A stretch of 64,000 nucleotides of DNA, taken from assembly GCF_000006765.1 (NCBI RefSeq), contig NC_002516.2. The stretch is one strand, 5' to 3'. The stretch is from Pseudomonas aeruginosa PAO1. GTDB taxonomy: Bacteria > Pseudomonadota > Gammaproteobacteria > Pseudomonadales > Pseudomonadaceae. Of the stretch, positions 34,492 to 43,998 are shown piece after piece. The position numbers and the translations under genes were made by a program. The notes under the pieces are model-generated. The model ran no database searches and had not been told where the DNA came from. It saw only the letters and a program-made list of their open reading frames with translations. The first letter of the stretch is position 1. Each line of letters starts with the position of its first letter.

Positions 34492-35328
34492 TCAGGGTTG
34501 CGGCTTGAGTCCCGACAGGCGCGGCACCAGCAGCTTTTCGAAGAGACGCGGAAAGAAGCGCGCCAGCAGCCGCGCCCGCCAGTTGACGTTGGACAGCACC
34601 AGCAGGCGCCGGCGCCGCGCGGCGCCCTGGAAGATCGCCTCGGCGACCTCCACCGGCGATGCCACCTGGCTGCCCAGCACTTGCACCGGCTGGCGAGTCA
34701 CCGAGCCATCGCCGACCAGCGCGTTCTTGCGCAGGTCGGTGGCGGTGAATCCCGGGCAGGCCAGGGTCACGCTGACGCCGGTGCCTTCCAGCTCCATCCG
34801 CAGGGTATCGAACAGACCGTGCAAGGCATGCTTGCTGGCGTTGTAGGCGCTGCGGTAGAGCAACGGGGCGAAGCCGGTCAGCGAACCGAGCACGACGATC
34901 TGCCCGCGCCGTTCGAGCAGGCTCGGCAGCGCCGCGCGGGTGCAATGCACGGCGCCGAAGAAGTTCACCGCCATGACCTTGCGGAAAACCCCCAGGCCGG
35001 TTTCGGCGAAGGTACCGCGGTGGGTGATGCCGGCGTTGTTGACCAGCACGTCGATGCCGCCGAAGCGCTCCACCGCCAGCGCCACGGCACGCTCCACCGC
35101 ATCGGCGTCGGCGACGTCGCAGCGCAGGCCGAGCGCCTCGCCGCCGAGATGGTCGCGCAGGTGCTGGACCAAACTGTCCAGCGCCGCCTGGTCGAGGTCG
35201 AGGATCGCCAGTCGCGCACCGGCCCGGGCGAAACGCAGCGCCAGCGCGCGACCGATGCCGGAACAGCCGCCGCTGACCAGCACCACCTTGTGGCGGTAGG
35301 CCTGGCTGCTGAATACCTTGCGCGGCAT
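34492..35328 (-). CDS. Short-chain dehydrogenase/reductase
   Basis: SGGCSGIG, LVNNAG and YNASK motifs. Confidence 0.93.
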   Translation of the reverse strand: MPRKVFSSQAYRHKVVLVSGGCSGIGRALALRFARAGARLAILDLDQAALDSLVQHLRDHLGGEALGLRCDVADADAVERAVALAVERFGGIDVLVNNAGITHRGTFAETGLGVFRKVMAVNFFGAVHCTRAALPSLLERRGQIVVLGSLTGFAPLLYRSAYNASKHALHGLFDTLRMELEGTGVSVTLACPGFTATDLRKNALVGDGSVTRQPVQVLGSQVASPVEVAEAIFQGAARRRRLLVLSNVNWRARLLARFFPRLFEKLLVPRLSGLKPQP

Positions 35329-35443
35329 GCGGTACCCTCCCGCTCGAAAAAACGCGAACCCTTGCGTCAATTCGACCTGCAAGGGTGAAATGCGCGGCGG
35401 CAAGCTCTATGCTCTGGTCCTTTCCAGCATAGTCTCGATTGCG

Positions 35444-36529
35444 ATGTCACTGCCCCGTCTACGCAACCTGCTGTTCGTCGGCCTGCTCCTGCTGGTCGGC
35501 GGTGCCCTGCTCGCCAGCTACCTGCTGAGCTGGCAACCCGCCGATCGCGAAGCCGCGCCCCTGCATTGCCAGGGCGCCGCGCCGGCGCTGAAGCCGGGGC
35601 AGGCCCTGAAGGTGATGACCTGGAACATCCAGTACCTGGCCGGCAAGCGCTACGTCTTCTGGGACGACCTGCCGGATGCCACCGGCCCGGACCAGCGCCC
35701 CACCGCCGAAGACCTGGCGTTCACCCTCGACGAGGTGGTCCGGGTGATCCGCGACGAGCAGCCGGACCTGGTCCTGCTCCAGGAGATCGACGATGGCTCC
35801 AGCGCCACCGACGATCAGGACCAACTGGCGCTGATCCAGGAGCGCATCAACGATCTCTACCATTGCAGCGCCCAGGCCTACGAGTGGAAGTCGGCCTTCG
35901 TGCCGACGCCGCACATCTTCGGCAGCGTCGGCCGCAAGCAGGCCACCCTGAGCCGCTATCGCATCGATAGCGCCGAGCGGCGCCAGTTGCCGCCACGCGA
36001 TGGCGGGCTGTTCGACCGCCTGTTCGGGCCGCGCCCGGCGATCCTGGTCAGCCACCTGCCGATCGACGGCGGCGGCGAGCTGGCCGTGCTCAACGCCCGC
36101 TTCGACCGCCCGCAGGCGAACGACGACACCCTCGAGCGCCAGGTCGAGACCACCCGTACGCTGCTCGACGAACTGCAGGCCAGGCGCACGCCCTGGCTGC
36201 TCGGCGGCGACCTCAACCTGCTGCCGCCCGGCCAGTATCCCTACCTGCTGGCGCCGCTGCGCGCGCCCTACCGGGAAGACAGCGAACTGGCCATCCTGAG
36301 CGGGCGCTTCCCGATGGTGCCGTCGCTGGAAGAGGCCAGTGGCGTCGACCAGGTTCGCTGGTACACGCACTTCCCCAACGACCCACGGGTCCAGGGGCCG
36401 GATCGGACCCTCGACTACCTGTTCCACAGCCCCTCGCTGACCCGTCTCGATGCCCGGGTCCGGCGCAGCGATACGCTGCAGATCTCCAACCACCTGCCGC
36501 TCGCCGCGCGCTTCCTGCTGCCCCATTGA
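35444..36529 (+). CDS. Membrane-anchored endonuclease/exonuclease/phosphatase (EEP) family protein
   Basis: N-terminal TM segment; MTWNIQ, LLQEID, GGDLN, LDYLF and SNHLP motifs. Confidence 0.85.
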   Translation: MSLPRLRNLLFVGLLLLVGGALLASYLLSWQPADREAAPLHCQGAAPALKPGQALKVMTWNIQYLAGKRYVFWDDLPDATGPDQRPTAEDLAFTLDEVVRVIRDEQPDLVLLQEIDDGSSATDDQDQLALIQERINDLYHCSAQAYEWKSAFVPTPHIFGSVGRKQATLSRYRIDSAERRQLPPRDGGLFDRLFGPRPAILVSHLPIDGGGELAVLNARFDRPQANDDTLERQVETTRTLLDELQARRTPWLLGGDLNLLPPGQYPYLLAPLRAPYREDSELAILSGRFPMVPSLEEASGVDQVRWYTHFPNDPRVQGPDRTLDYLFHSPSLTRLDARVRRSDTLQISNHLPLAARFLLPH

Positions 36530-36589
36530 CCGGGCGCGCGCCGGGCTGGACAAGCGGCCCGGCGCGCCGCATGCTTCGCCCCCATTCAT

Positions 36590-36597
36590 AACAACAA
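36590..36597 (+). promoter_or_regulatory. Catabolite-activity (Hfq/Crc) motif AANAANAA
   Basis: ATAACAACAAAAA about 20 nt before ATG 36619. Confidence 0.55.
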
Positions 36598-36618
36598 AAA
36601 ACGGCAAGGCCGCACACC

Positions 36619-37353
36619 ATGCCCCTACGCACCACAACGCCCCTGCTCGCGCTGCTGGCGTTCGCCCTGCTGGCCGCCCCGCAGCTCCATGCGCAGGACG
36701 CAAGGCCGTCGTTGAACGTCGGCTACTACGAATTCCCCCCCTACATCTATACCGCCCGGGATGGCCACGCCGCCGGTTCCGGCGCCCGCCTGGTCCGCCT
36801 GCTGCTGGAGCGGGCCGGCTATCGTCCGGCGTTCCGCGCCCTGCCCAGCGCGCGCCTGTACCTGGGGCTGCAGGATGGCAGCGTGGCGCTGTGGGCCGGC
36901 GCGGCCAAGCCGGAGCTGGCCGCCGACACCCTCCAGGCGCGGCGCGTGCTCGGCCACGTCAGCCTGAACCTGTACTACCCGGCGCACCAGCCGGCACCGC
37001 GGGTTCCCCAGGACCTGGCCGGACGCCGGCTGATCCTGATCAGCGGCTACAGCTACTGGAAACCGGTCACCAACTTCATCCAGGACCCCAACCTGCACCT
37101 GCGCCTGTACCGCACCGGCACCCACCACGCCGCCTTGCGCATGCTCGAACTCGGGCGCGGCGACTACCTGCTCGACTACCAGGCGCCGGTGGAAGCGGCC
37201 AGCCGCCAGGCGTTGGCAAGCCAGGAACTGTACCGCCTGCCGCTGCGGATGATCGTCTCGCGCCACATTCCCGGCGCCGAAGCGCTGCGCGACCGCCTGG
37301 ACCAGGCCTACGACCAGTTGCGGAGCGACGGCGCCGACCTGTCCCTGCTGTGA
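36619..37353 (+). CDS. Orphan periplasmic substrate-binding protein (family 3-like)
   Basis: Signal peptide ending LHA-QD; VGYYEFPPY, LPSARL and MLELGRGDYLLDY motifs. Confidence 0.8.
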   Translation: MPLRTTTPLLALLAFALLAAPQLHAQDARPSLNVGYYEFPPYIYTARDGHAAGSGARLVRLLLERAGYRPAFRALPSARLYLGLQDGSVALWAGAAKPELAADTLQARRVLGHVSLNLYYPAHQPAPRVPQDLAGRRLILISGYSYWKPVTNFIQDPNLHLRLYRTGTHHAALRMLELGRGDYLLDYQAPVEAASRQALASQELYRLPLRMIVSRHIPGAEALRDRLDQAYDQLRSDGADLSLL

Positions 37354-37376
37354 ACCGACCCCGGAGGAGGAGCCCG

Positions 37377-37784
37377 ATGCATACCGCCATCCCCTGCTGC
37401 ACGATCAACGGCGAACAGCCCGCCCTGCGCGGACAGGTCTGCCAGTCGCTGCTGATCCAGGAATGGTGGTGGGAAGGCCGTCCGGCCGATCCGGTGAACG
37501 TGGTCTACCTGCAGTTCGAGCAACGCTGGTATCGCCTCTACTTCGAGGGCGAGACGGTGTTCTGGCGCAGCGGCGAAGCGCCGCGGCCCTGCGAGAACGA
37601 CGAAGGCCCGGGCGAGTACCGCCTGCACGACCTCGGCCGGCAGCGCGGCCTGGTCGGTGTGCGCCTGCTGGCCCTGGAGTTCGTCCTCAACGGCCCGACC
37701 CTGGACAGCCACTTCGACTTCGCCGACGGCCAGCGCCTGAGTTTCCGGCACTTCCTCGACGACGACCTGACCCGGGTGCTCTGA
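37377..37784 (+). CDS. Hypothetical protein (135 aa)
   Basis: GGAGGAG RBS; typical codon usage; fills the gap before the hrpB 3' end. Confidence 0.7.
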   Translation: MHTAIPCCTINGEQPALRGQVCQSLLIQEWWWEGRPADPVNVVYLQFEQRWYRLYFEGETVFWRSGEAPRPCENDEGPGEYRLHDLGRQRGLVGVRLLALEFVLNGPTLDSHFDFADGQRLSFRHFLDDDLTRVL

Positions 37785-37794
37785 GCGCCGTCGA

Positions 37795-40311
37795 CTACTT
37801 GCGTGGCTTGGCCCGGGCAGTGGCCTCGGCCACCAGCGGGTCGTCCGGCCAATAATGCTTCGGATAGCGTCCCTTCAGGTCCTTCCTGACTTCCGCATAG
37901 GTGCTGCGCCAGAAGTTCGCCAGGTCCTGGGTCACCTGCACCGGGCGATGCGCGGGAGACAGCAGGTGCAGCTTCACTGCCAGGCGGCCCTGGGCGATGC
38001 GCGGAGTGTCGCCGAGGCCGAACAGTTCCTGCAGGCGCACCGCGAGGATCGGCGGGGTTTCGCTGTAGTCCAGGCGGATGCGCGAGCCGGAGGGGACTTC
38101 CAGGGTTTTCGGCGCCCACTCGTCGAGACGCTGCGGTAATGGCCAGGGCAACAGCCCGGCGAGGATCGAAGCCAGGTCGAGGTTGGCGAAGTGAGCCAGG
38201 CGGGTGACCTTGCCGAGATAGGCCGGCAACCATTCCTCCAACCGTTCCAGCAACGCGGCGTCGCTGACGTCCGGCCACTCGCTCTCGCCCTTGTCTTCCA
38301 GGTCCAGCCGGCGCAGCAAGCCGATGCGCGCCTGCCACTGGCGCAGTTCCGGGGTCCAGGGCAACAACTCCAGGCCCTTGCGCCGGACCAGGCCGAGCAG
38401 CGCCTGGCTGCGCGCCGCTTCGTCGAGGCCGGGTAGCGCCTCGCTGGACAGCACCAGTTCGCCGACCCGGCGCTGGCGCTCGGCACGCAGCACGCCTTCG
38501 CGCTCGTCCCACTGCAGCTCGTCGCGCTGGCTGACCTGCTCCGCCAGGACCGTATCGAACAACCTCGGATCGAGTTCGGCGGCCAGGTAGATCCGCTCTT
38601 CGCGCTGGCCCTGGCGGCTGCCCAGATCGGCGATCACCAGCCAGGGCTGCTTCATCAGGCTGTCCGGTTCGCCGAACTGCGCAGCGCGTCCATTGGCCAG
38701 CCGGTAGTCGCCGCCACCGGCGCGGCGCTGGCGAGCGATGCGGTCGGGATAGGCGAAGGCCAGCAGGCAACCCAGCCAACGCGGATGACCGGGATCGACG
38801 ACCGCCTCGCTGGCGGCGCCGCGCAGGTAACCGCGGAACTGCCGGGCCAGTTGCCGGGCGCGCTGTACCGCGCCGCGCGAGGCGCCAGTGCGGGCCTCGC
38901 CGGCGAGCAGGGCGAGACGGCTGTGCAGGTCGGCACCGCCGCCACGCTGTATGTCACGTTCGCCGAGCAGCGCCGCTACGTCGCAAGCCAGTTCGCCAAG
39001 GCCGAGGGCCTGGCCGCGCAGCAGCAGGTGGGCAATGCGCGGATGGGTCGGCAATTCGGCCATCGCCTGGCCATGGGCACTCAACGCGCCGCTGGCGTTC
39101 AGCGCCCCCAGCCGCCCGAGCAGCTCGCGGGCCTGGGCGTAGGCCGCCGCGGGCGGCGCGTCGAGCCAGGCCAGCTCCTCCGGCGCCACGCCCCAGCGCG
39201 CCAGTTGCAGGGCCAGCCCGGCCAGATCGGCCTGGAGGATTTCCGCCGTGCCGTAGGCAGGCAACTGCTCATGCTGGCTCTCCGACCACAAGCGGTAGCA
39301 TACGCCCGGCTCCAGGCGCCCTGCGCGGCCGGCACGCTGGGTAGCGGAGGCGCGGGAGATGCGCTGGGTCTCCAGGCGGGTCATGCCGCTACCCGGATCG
39401 AAGCGCGGCACCCGCGCCAGGCCGGCGTCGATCACCACCCGTACGCCGTCGATGGTCAGGCTGGTCTCGGCGATGTTGGTCGCCAGCACCACCTTGCGCG
39501 TGCCCCGCGACGCCGGCTCGATGGCGGCGCGCTGGGCGGCGAGGTCGAGCTCGCCATGCAGCGGGCAGAGCAGCACCTCGGGGCGTCCGCCAAGGGCTTC
39601 GCGCAAGCCTTCGTGAACGCGGCGGATCTCGGCCTGGCCGGGAAGAAAGACCAGCACGCTGCCGCTTTCCTCCGCCAGCGCCTGGAGCACCGCCTGCTGC
39701 ACCCGCGGCTCGATGAACTCGCCGGGTTGCGCCGGCCGTCCCCAGCGGATATCCACCGGGAACATGCGGCCCTCGCTGCGCACCACCGGCGCTTCGCCGA
39801 GCAGCGCCGCAAGACGCTCGCCCTCCAGGGTCGCCGACATCACCAGCACTTTCAGCGGCGGCTCGTCGCGCAACAGTTCGCGGCCATTGAGAGTCAGCGC
39901 CAGGGCTAGGTCGGCATCCAGGCTGCGCTCGTGGAATTCGTCGAAGATCACCAGGCCGACACCGTCCAGCGCGGGGTCGTCTTGCAGGCGACGGGCAAGG
40001 ATACCCTCGGTGACCACTTCGATGCGGGTCTTCGGGCCGACCCTGCTCTCCAGGCGGATCCGGTAGCCGACGGTCTCGCCGACCTTTTCGCCCAGCTCGG
40101 CGGCCAGCCGCTCGGCCGCGGCCCGCGCCGCCAGGCGTCGCGGTTCGAGCATGAGGATGCGTTGGCCGGCGAGCCAGGGCTCGTCGAGCAGGGCCAGCGG
40201 CACCCGGGTGGTCTTGCCGGCACCCGGCGGGGCTTCCAGGACGGCCTGGTGTTGTGCACCAAGGGCCTGGCGCAGGGCGGGAACAACGGCGTCGATGGGT
40301 AGGGAAATCAT
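37795..40311 (-). CDS. hrpB: ATP-dependent RNA helicase HrpB
   Basis: APPGAGKTT, DEFHER, ATNIAETSLTI and QRAGRAGR motifs; C-terminal YPKHYWPDDP. Confidence 0.96.
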   Translation of the reverse strand: MISLPIDAVVPALRQALGAQHQAVLEAPPGAGKTTRVPLALLDEPWLAGQRILMLEPRRLAARAAAERLAAELGEKVGETVGYRIRLESRVGPKTRIEVVTEGILARRLQDDPALDGVGLVIFDEFHERSLDADLALALTLNGRELLRDEPPLKVLVMSATLEGERLAALLGEAPVVRSEGRMFPVDIRWGRPAQPGEFIEPRVQQAVLQALAEESGSVLVFLPGQAEIRRVHEGLREALGGRPEVLLCPLHGELDLAAQRAAIEPASRGTRKVVLATNIAETSLTIDGVRVVIDAGLARVPRFDPGSGMTRLETQRISRASATQRAGRAGRLEPGVCYRLWSESQHEQLPAYGTAEILQADLAGLALQLARWGVAPEELAWLDAPPAAAYAQARELLGRLGALNASGALSAHGQAMAELPTHPRIAHLLLRGQALGLGELACDVAALLGERDIQRGGGADLHSRLALLAGEARTGASRGAVQRARQLARQFRGYLRGAASEAVVDPGHPRWLGCLLAFAYPDRIARQRRAGGGDYRLANGRAAQFGEPDSLMKQPWLVIADLGSRQGQREERIYLAAELDPRLFDTVLAEQVSQRDELQWDEREGVLRAERQRRVGELVLSSEALPGLDEAARSQALLGLVRRKGLELLPWTPELRQWQARIGLLRRLDLEDKGESEWPDVSDAALLERLEEWLPAYLGKVTRLAHFANLDLASILAGLLPWPLPQRLDEWAPKTLEVPSGSRIRLDYSETPPILAVRLQELFGLGDTPRIAQGRLAVKLHLLSPAHRPVQVTQDLANFWRSTYAEVRKDLKGRYPKHYWPDDPLVAEATARAKPRK

Positions 40312-40452
40312 GCTGGCTCCGGACTGACCGACGAAGTATACCGGCGAACCGGCAGGCGCTTTCGACGGTCTTATCGTCATCGTCGCGGCAGAAGATTGCC
40401 GAACGCTGGTCGATTGCTATAGTTCGCCGTCATGTTCACCCGGAGGTCATAC

Positions 40453-40869
40453 ATGCGCCTTGCCACCCGCGTTTCCTGTGCCGTTCTCAGTGCAGCCCTG
40501 CTGAGCCAGTTGTCGGCCTGCGGTACGCTGTTCTACCCCGAGCGACGCGGCCAGATCGACGGTCGCATCGATCCGGCCATCGTCGCCTTCGACGCCATCG
40601 GCCTGCTGTTCTATATCATCCCCGGCCTGATCGCCTTCGGCGTCGACTTCGCCACCGGCGCCATCTACCTGCCCGACGCCAAGTACTCGGTCGCCCCGGA
40701 AGTGCTCAAGGATGCCGTCGGCGCGGACGGCAAGGTCGACAACCGCAAGCTCAAGGCCATCCTCGAACGCGAGATCGGCCGTGAACTGCCGCTCGACGAC
40801 CCGCGCCTGATCCGCCACAGCGGCAGCGTCGAGCAACTGGCGGCCTATGGCCTGAAGCCGGCCGCCTGA
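40453..40869 (+). CDS. Putative lipoprotein
   Basis: Lipobox LSAC followed by GTLFYPERRGQ; internal hydrophobic segment. Confidence 0.8.
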   Translation: MRLATRVSCAVLSAALLSQLSACGTLFYPERRGQIDGRIDPAIVAFDAIGLLFYIIPGLIAFGVDFATGAIYLPDAKYSVAPEVLKDAVGADGKVDNRKLKAILEREIGRELPLDDPRLIRHSGSVEQLAAYGLKPAA

Positions 40870-40957
40870 TCCGCCCTCCGAGCGCGACCGTGCGTCAGTG
40901 CCCGGTCGCCGCCCGGTTGGTTTACAGTGGCGCCGTCCCTCCTGACAGAAGCGCCCC

Positions 40958-41854
40958 ATGAGTCCCGATTCCCCCCACGCCCGCCTGCTGCGCCTGGCCA
41001 CCCTGGCCTCGCTCGGTGTCGCCGTCACCCTGGTCATCGGCAAGGCCATTGCCTGGTGGCTGAGCGGTTCGGTGAGCCTGCTCGCCGGCCTCACCGACTC
41101 CCTGCTGGACAGTGCCGCCTCGCTGCTCAACCTGCTGGCGGTGCACTATTCGCTACGCCCGGCCGACGACGACCACCGCTACGGCCACGGCAAGGCCGAG
41201 GCCCTGGCCGGCCTGGCCCAGGCGATGTTCATCGGTGCCAGCGCGGTGCTGGTGGCTATCCAGGCGGTCGAGCAATTGCGCGACCCGCAGCCCCTCGGCG
41301 CGGCCACCTGGGGCATCGCGGTGATGCTGCTGTCGCTGCTGCTCACGGCCCTTCTCCTGGCCTTCCAGACCCACGTCATCCGCCGCACCGGTTCCACCGC
41401 GATACGCGCCGACTCGCTGCACTACCGCTCGGACCTGCTGCTCAACGCCAGCATCCTCGTGGCACTGCTCCTGGCCCGCTACGGCTGGCCACAGAGCGAC
41501 GGCCTGTTCGGCCTGGGCATCGCCCTGTACATCCTCTGGAGCGCCCTGCAGATCGCTCGCGAGTCGGTGTCGATCCTGATGGACCGGGAACTGCCTACCG
41601 ACATCAGCGAGCGCATGCGCGAACTCGCCTGCAGCGTGCCGGGAGTGCTCGGCGCGCACGACGTGCGCACGCGGATTTCCGGCAACCACTGGTTCGTCCA
41701 GTTGCACCTCGAACTGCCCGGCGAGCTGAGCCTGTCGGTGGCCCACGCCCTGACCGACCGCGCAGTGCTGGCGATCAAGCGCGAATACCCGAAGGCCGAG
41801 GTGCTGATCCATGCCGACCCGCAGGAAGTGGTCGGCAAGGAAACCGTCAGTTGA
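40958..41854 (+). CDS. fieF: Cation diffusion facilitator (FieF/YiiP type)
   Basis: DSLLD, HRYGHGKAE, HYRSD and IHADP motifs. Confidence 0.9.
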   Translation: MSPDSPHARLLRLATLASLGVAVTLVIGKAIAWWLSGSVSLLAGLTDSLLDSAASLLNLLAVHYSLRPADDDHRYGHGKAEALAGLAQAMFIGASAVLVAIQAVEQLRDPQPLGAATWGIAVMLLSLLLTALLLAFQTHVIRRTGSTAIRADSLHYRSDLLLNASILVALLLARYGWPQSDGLFGLGIALYILWSALQIARESVSILMDRELPTDISERMRELACSVPGVLGAHDVRTRISGNHWFVQLHLELPGELSLSVAHALTDRAVLAIKREYPKAEVLIHADPQEVVGKETVS

Positions 41855-42551
41855 CGCTGTAGCCGCGCCCGCTCAGGCAGGCGGCCATGGCTCGGCGGTA
41901 GCCATTGGCGACCTCGGCGGCCGGCGCGTAGGTCGCCCCCGCCGGGTCGAAGCCGCTCTCGCCCACCGCCCAGCGGTGGCACTCGTAGCGGTCGCGGCCC
42001 TGCTGGTCGGGCCCCTGGCCGCGCGCGGGGTAGGCCACCACGTCGTAGCTGGCGGCCGGCCCGCTGACCGGATAAACGGGTCCCGCTGCCCGCGGCGGCG
42101 GGCTGACCACTTCGTACTCGCGGGTGTCGGCATGCCACAGGTAGTAAGTGCCGGCGGCAAGGAAGTACAGCACGCTGCCCAGCCAGACCTGCTCCGCATA
42201 GGGCGGCAGGCTGCGGACGCGCACCCCGCGGGGCGGCACGACCAGCACATAGCGCGGGCCGTCGGGTCGGTACCAGTAGCCGTCGTCGAAGAAATACTCG
42301 CCGCCGCGATAGGGCACCCGCAGGTGTCCGCGCGGCAAGGCCTCCACCACCCGGCCCGGACGCCAGTCGGGATGCGGTCCCCAACTGCCGCCATGCGCTT
42401 CGCCGCGGCCAGGTCCCGGTTGTCCGTGGGCAACACCGCGCTCGCCGCCGGCTCCACCGCGTCCCCCTCGGCCGTCGTCGGCCTGCGCCTGGACGCACAG
42501 GCTCAGCGAGAGAGCGCCCACCCCGAGCATTCGCCACCATCCACCGTTCAT
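41847..42551 (-). CDS. Exported Gly/Arg-rich protein (DUF6515-like)
   Basis: Signal peptide; Gly-rich linker; YFFDDGYWY..YVLVVPP; GQGPDQQGRDRYECHRWA. Overlaps the fieF 3' end by 8 nt. Confidence 0.8.
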   Translation of the reverse strand: MNGGWWRMLGVGALSLSLCVQAQADDGRGGRGGAGGERGVAHGQPGPGRGEAHGGSWGPHPDWRPGRVVEALPRGHLRVPYRGGEYFFDDGYWYRPDGPRYVLVVPPRGVRVRSLPPYAEQVWLGSVLYFLAAGTYYLWHADTREYEVVSPPPRAAGPVYPVSGPAASYDVVAYPARGQGPDQQGRDRYECHRWAVGESGFDPAGATYAPAAEVANGYRRAMAACLSGRGYSVN

Positions 42552-42633
42552 CGTCTGCCTCGCCCCGGGCCTGGTCGCCCGGCCACGTTCGAATGATCCC
42601 GGGAACGACTTTCCGCCGTTTTCCGCCAAGGGT

Positions 42634-42662
42634 GGGTAAACGCCGGGTAAAGAATGGGTAAA
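42634..42662. promoter_or_regulatory. Triple direct repeat GGGTAAA with 11-bp period
   Basis: Copies at 42634, 42645 and 42656, upstream of the minus-strand exported-protein gene. Confidence 0.6.
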
Positions 42663-42687
42663 AGCGCGGCACGGGCCGGATCGCGGG

Positions 42688-42915
42688 CAAAGAAAAAGGG
42701 AGGCCCGTCGACCTCCCTTCTGGGGTAACTGTCCTGGCTCGGCGCTGTTGGCGACGGCTCACCTCACTCCACCTTCTGGGCGGTGTGCAACCCGGAGGCC
42801 GGCGCAACCCTGTAGGGTCGGCGGCCACGGCTGGCCTGATTGGGCGAGCTGTGATGGACGAGATGTCCGGGCCGTGAATCTGGGTAAAAGAATACGTCGC
42901 CAGGCGCGACCAATG
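42688..42915 (-). ncRNA. Probable Pseudomonas sRNA P24 (5' end approximate)
   Basis: Gene-free ~230 nt between a hypothetical gene and an AsnC/Lrp gene, which is the described P24 context. Ends in terminator AAGGGAGG/CCTCCCTT plus UUUUUCUUU on -. Identified from synteny, not sequence alignment. Confidence 0.7.
42689..42719 (-). terminator. Intrinsic terminator of the P24-like sRNA
   Basis: 8-bp stem with AAAGAAAAA on the + strand side. Confidence 0.8.
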
Positions 42916-43007
42916 ATTGCTAATATTGCTCACCAGAACCTTGATTGCGCAATAAATCACTCAAATTCACCTTGCCGATGGCAATCAACCTGAAAGAAAT
43001 CCTCGCC

Positions 43008-43487
43008 ATGAACAAACTCGACCGCTACGACCTGCGTATCCTCGAAGAACTCCAGCGCGACGCACGCATCTCCAACCAGGAACTGGCAGAACGGATAGGC
43101 CTGTCGCCATCGCCCTGTTCGCGACGGGTCAAGCAGCTCGAGGACGACGGCTACATCGTCCGCCAGGTAGCCTTGCTGGACCGCAAGAAGCTCGGCCTGA
43201 GCCTCACCGCCTTCGTCCTCATAGGCATGGACCGACACACCCCGGAACGCTTCGAACATTTTCAGGAAGTCATCGGCAAATGCCCGGAAGTGCTGGAGTG
43301 CAGCCTGGTCACCGGGATGGACGCGGACTACCAGTTGAAGGTCGTGGTGCCGGACATGGACCATTACCAGAAACTCCTGCTGGGTACCCTGACGCGCATC
43401 GAGGGGGTCTCCAGCGTGCGCTCCAGCTTCGTCCTCAACCAGGTGCTGGCGAGTACCGAACTGCCGCTGGAGCACCTGCGCGATTGA
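43008..43487 (+). CDS. Lrp/AsnC-family regulator (alternative start 42978)
   Basis: LDRYDLRILEELQRDARISNQELAERIGLSPSPCSRRVKQLE; ECSLVTGMDADYQLKV. Confidence 0.95.
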   Translation: MNKLDRYDLRILEELQRDARISNQELAERIGLSPSPCSRRVKQLEDDGYIVRQVALLDRKKLGLSLTAFVLIGMDRHTPERFEHFQEVIGKCPEVLECSLVTGMDADYQLKVVVPDMDHYQKLLLGTLTRIEGVSSVRSSFVLNQVLASTELPLEHLRD

Positions 43488-43688
43488 TCGTAGCGAGACC
43501 TGGGACATGACACGGAACAGGCGGCATGCCGTATAATCGGCAGCCTGTTTCAGTTGTCATGCCCGCGTGGCCCCCGCATATAAAGAGCAGCCTGCTCGTA
43601 GAACGATAAACGCCTTGCCCGCCCCCCATGGCACGCTCCGTCCGACCGCGAGCCGGACTTCGTTTGCTTGAAAATCCGGAGGTTGCCA

Positions 43689-43898
43689 ATGGATCCCGAA
43701 CTGTTCGAAGAGTGGATGATGACCGGTCTGGTGACCGTGCTTATCCTGTTCATGGCTTTCATCGTGTGGGACCTGGCGAAGAAGTCGAAAGCCGGCAAGT
43801 TCGGAACCCTGATCCTGTTCTTCGCCCTCGGCCTGGGCGTACTGGGCTTCATCATCAAGGGCCTGGTCATCGGCAGCCTCGAAGGCGCGGGCATGTAA
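43689..43898 (+). CDS. Small membrane protein (DUF2788-type)
   Basis: 69 aa with two TM helices; FIVWDLAKKSKAGKFG motif; GGAGG RBS. Confidence 0.85.
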   Translation: MDPELFEEWMMTGLVTVLILFMAFIVWDLAKKSKAGKFGTLILFFALGLGVLGFIIKGLVIGSLEGAGM

Positions 43899-43998
43899 CC
43901 CCGGCGCCACGCGCGTCATCCAACCACTCGTAATCATCCGCCGGCCCCGGCCAACGGGGCCGGCTCGCCTTGCCATTGCCTAGAACAAGGGAGTCGCC

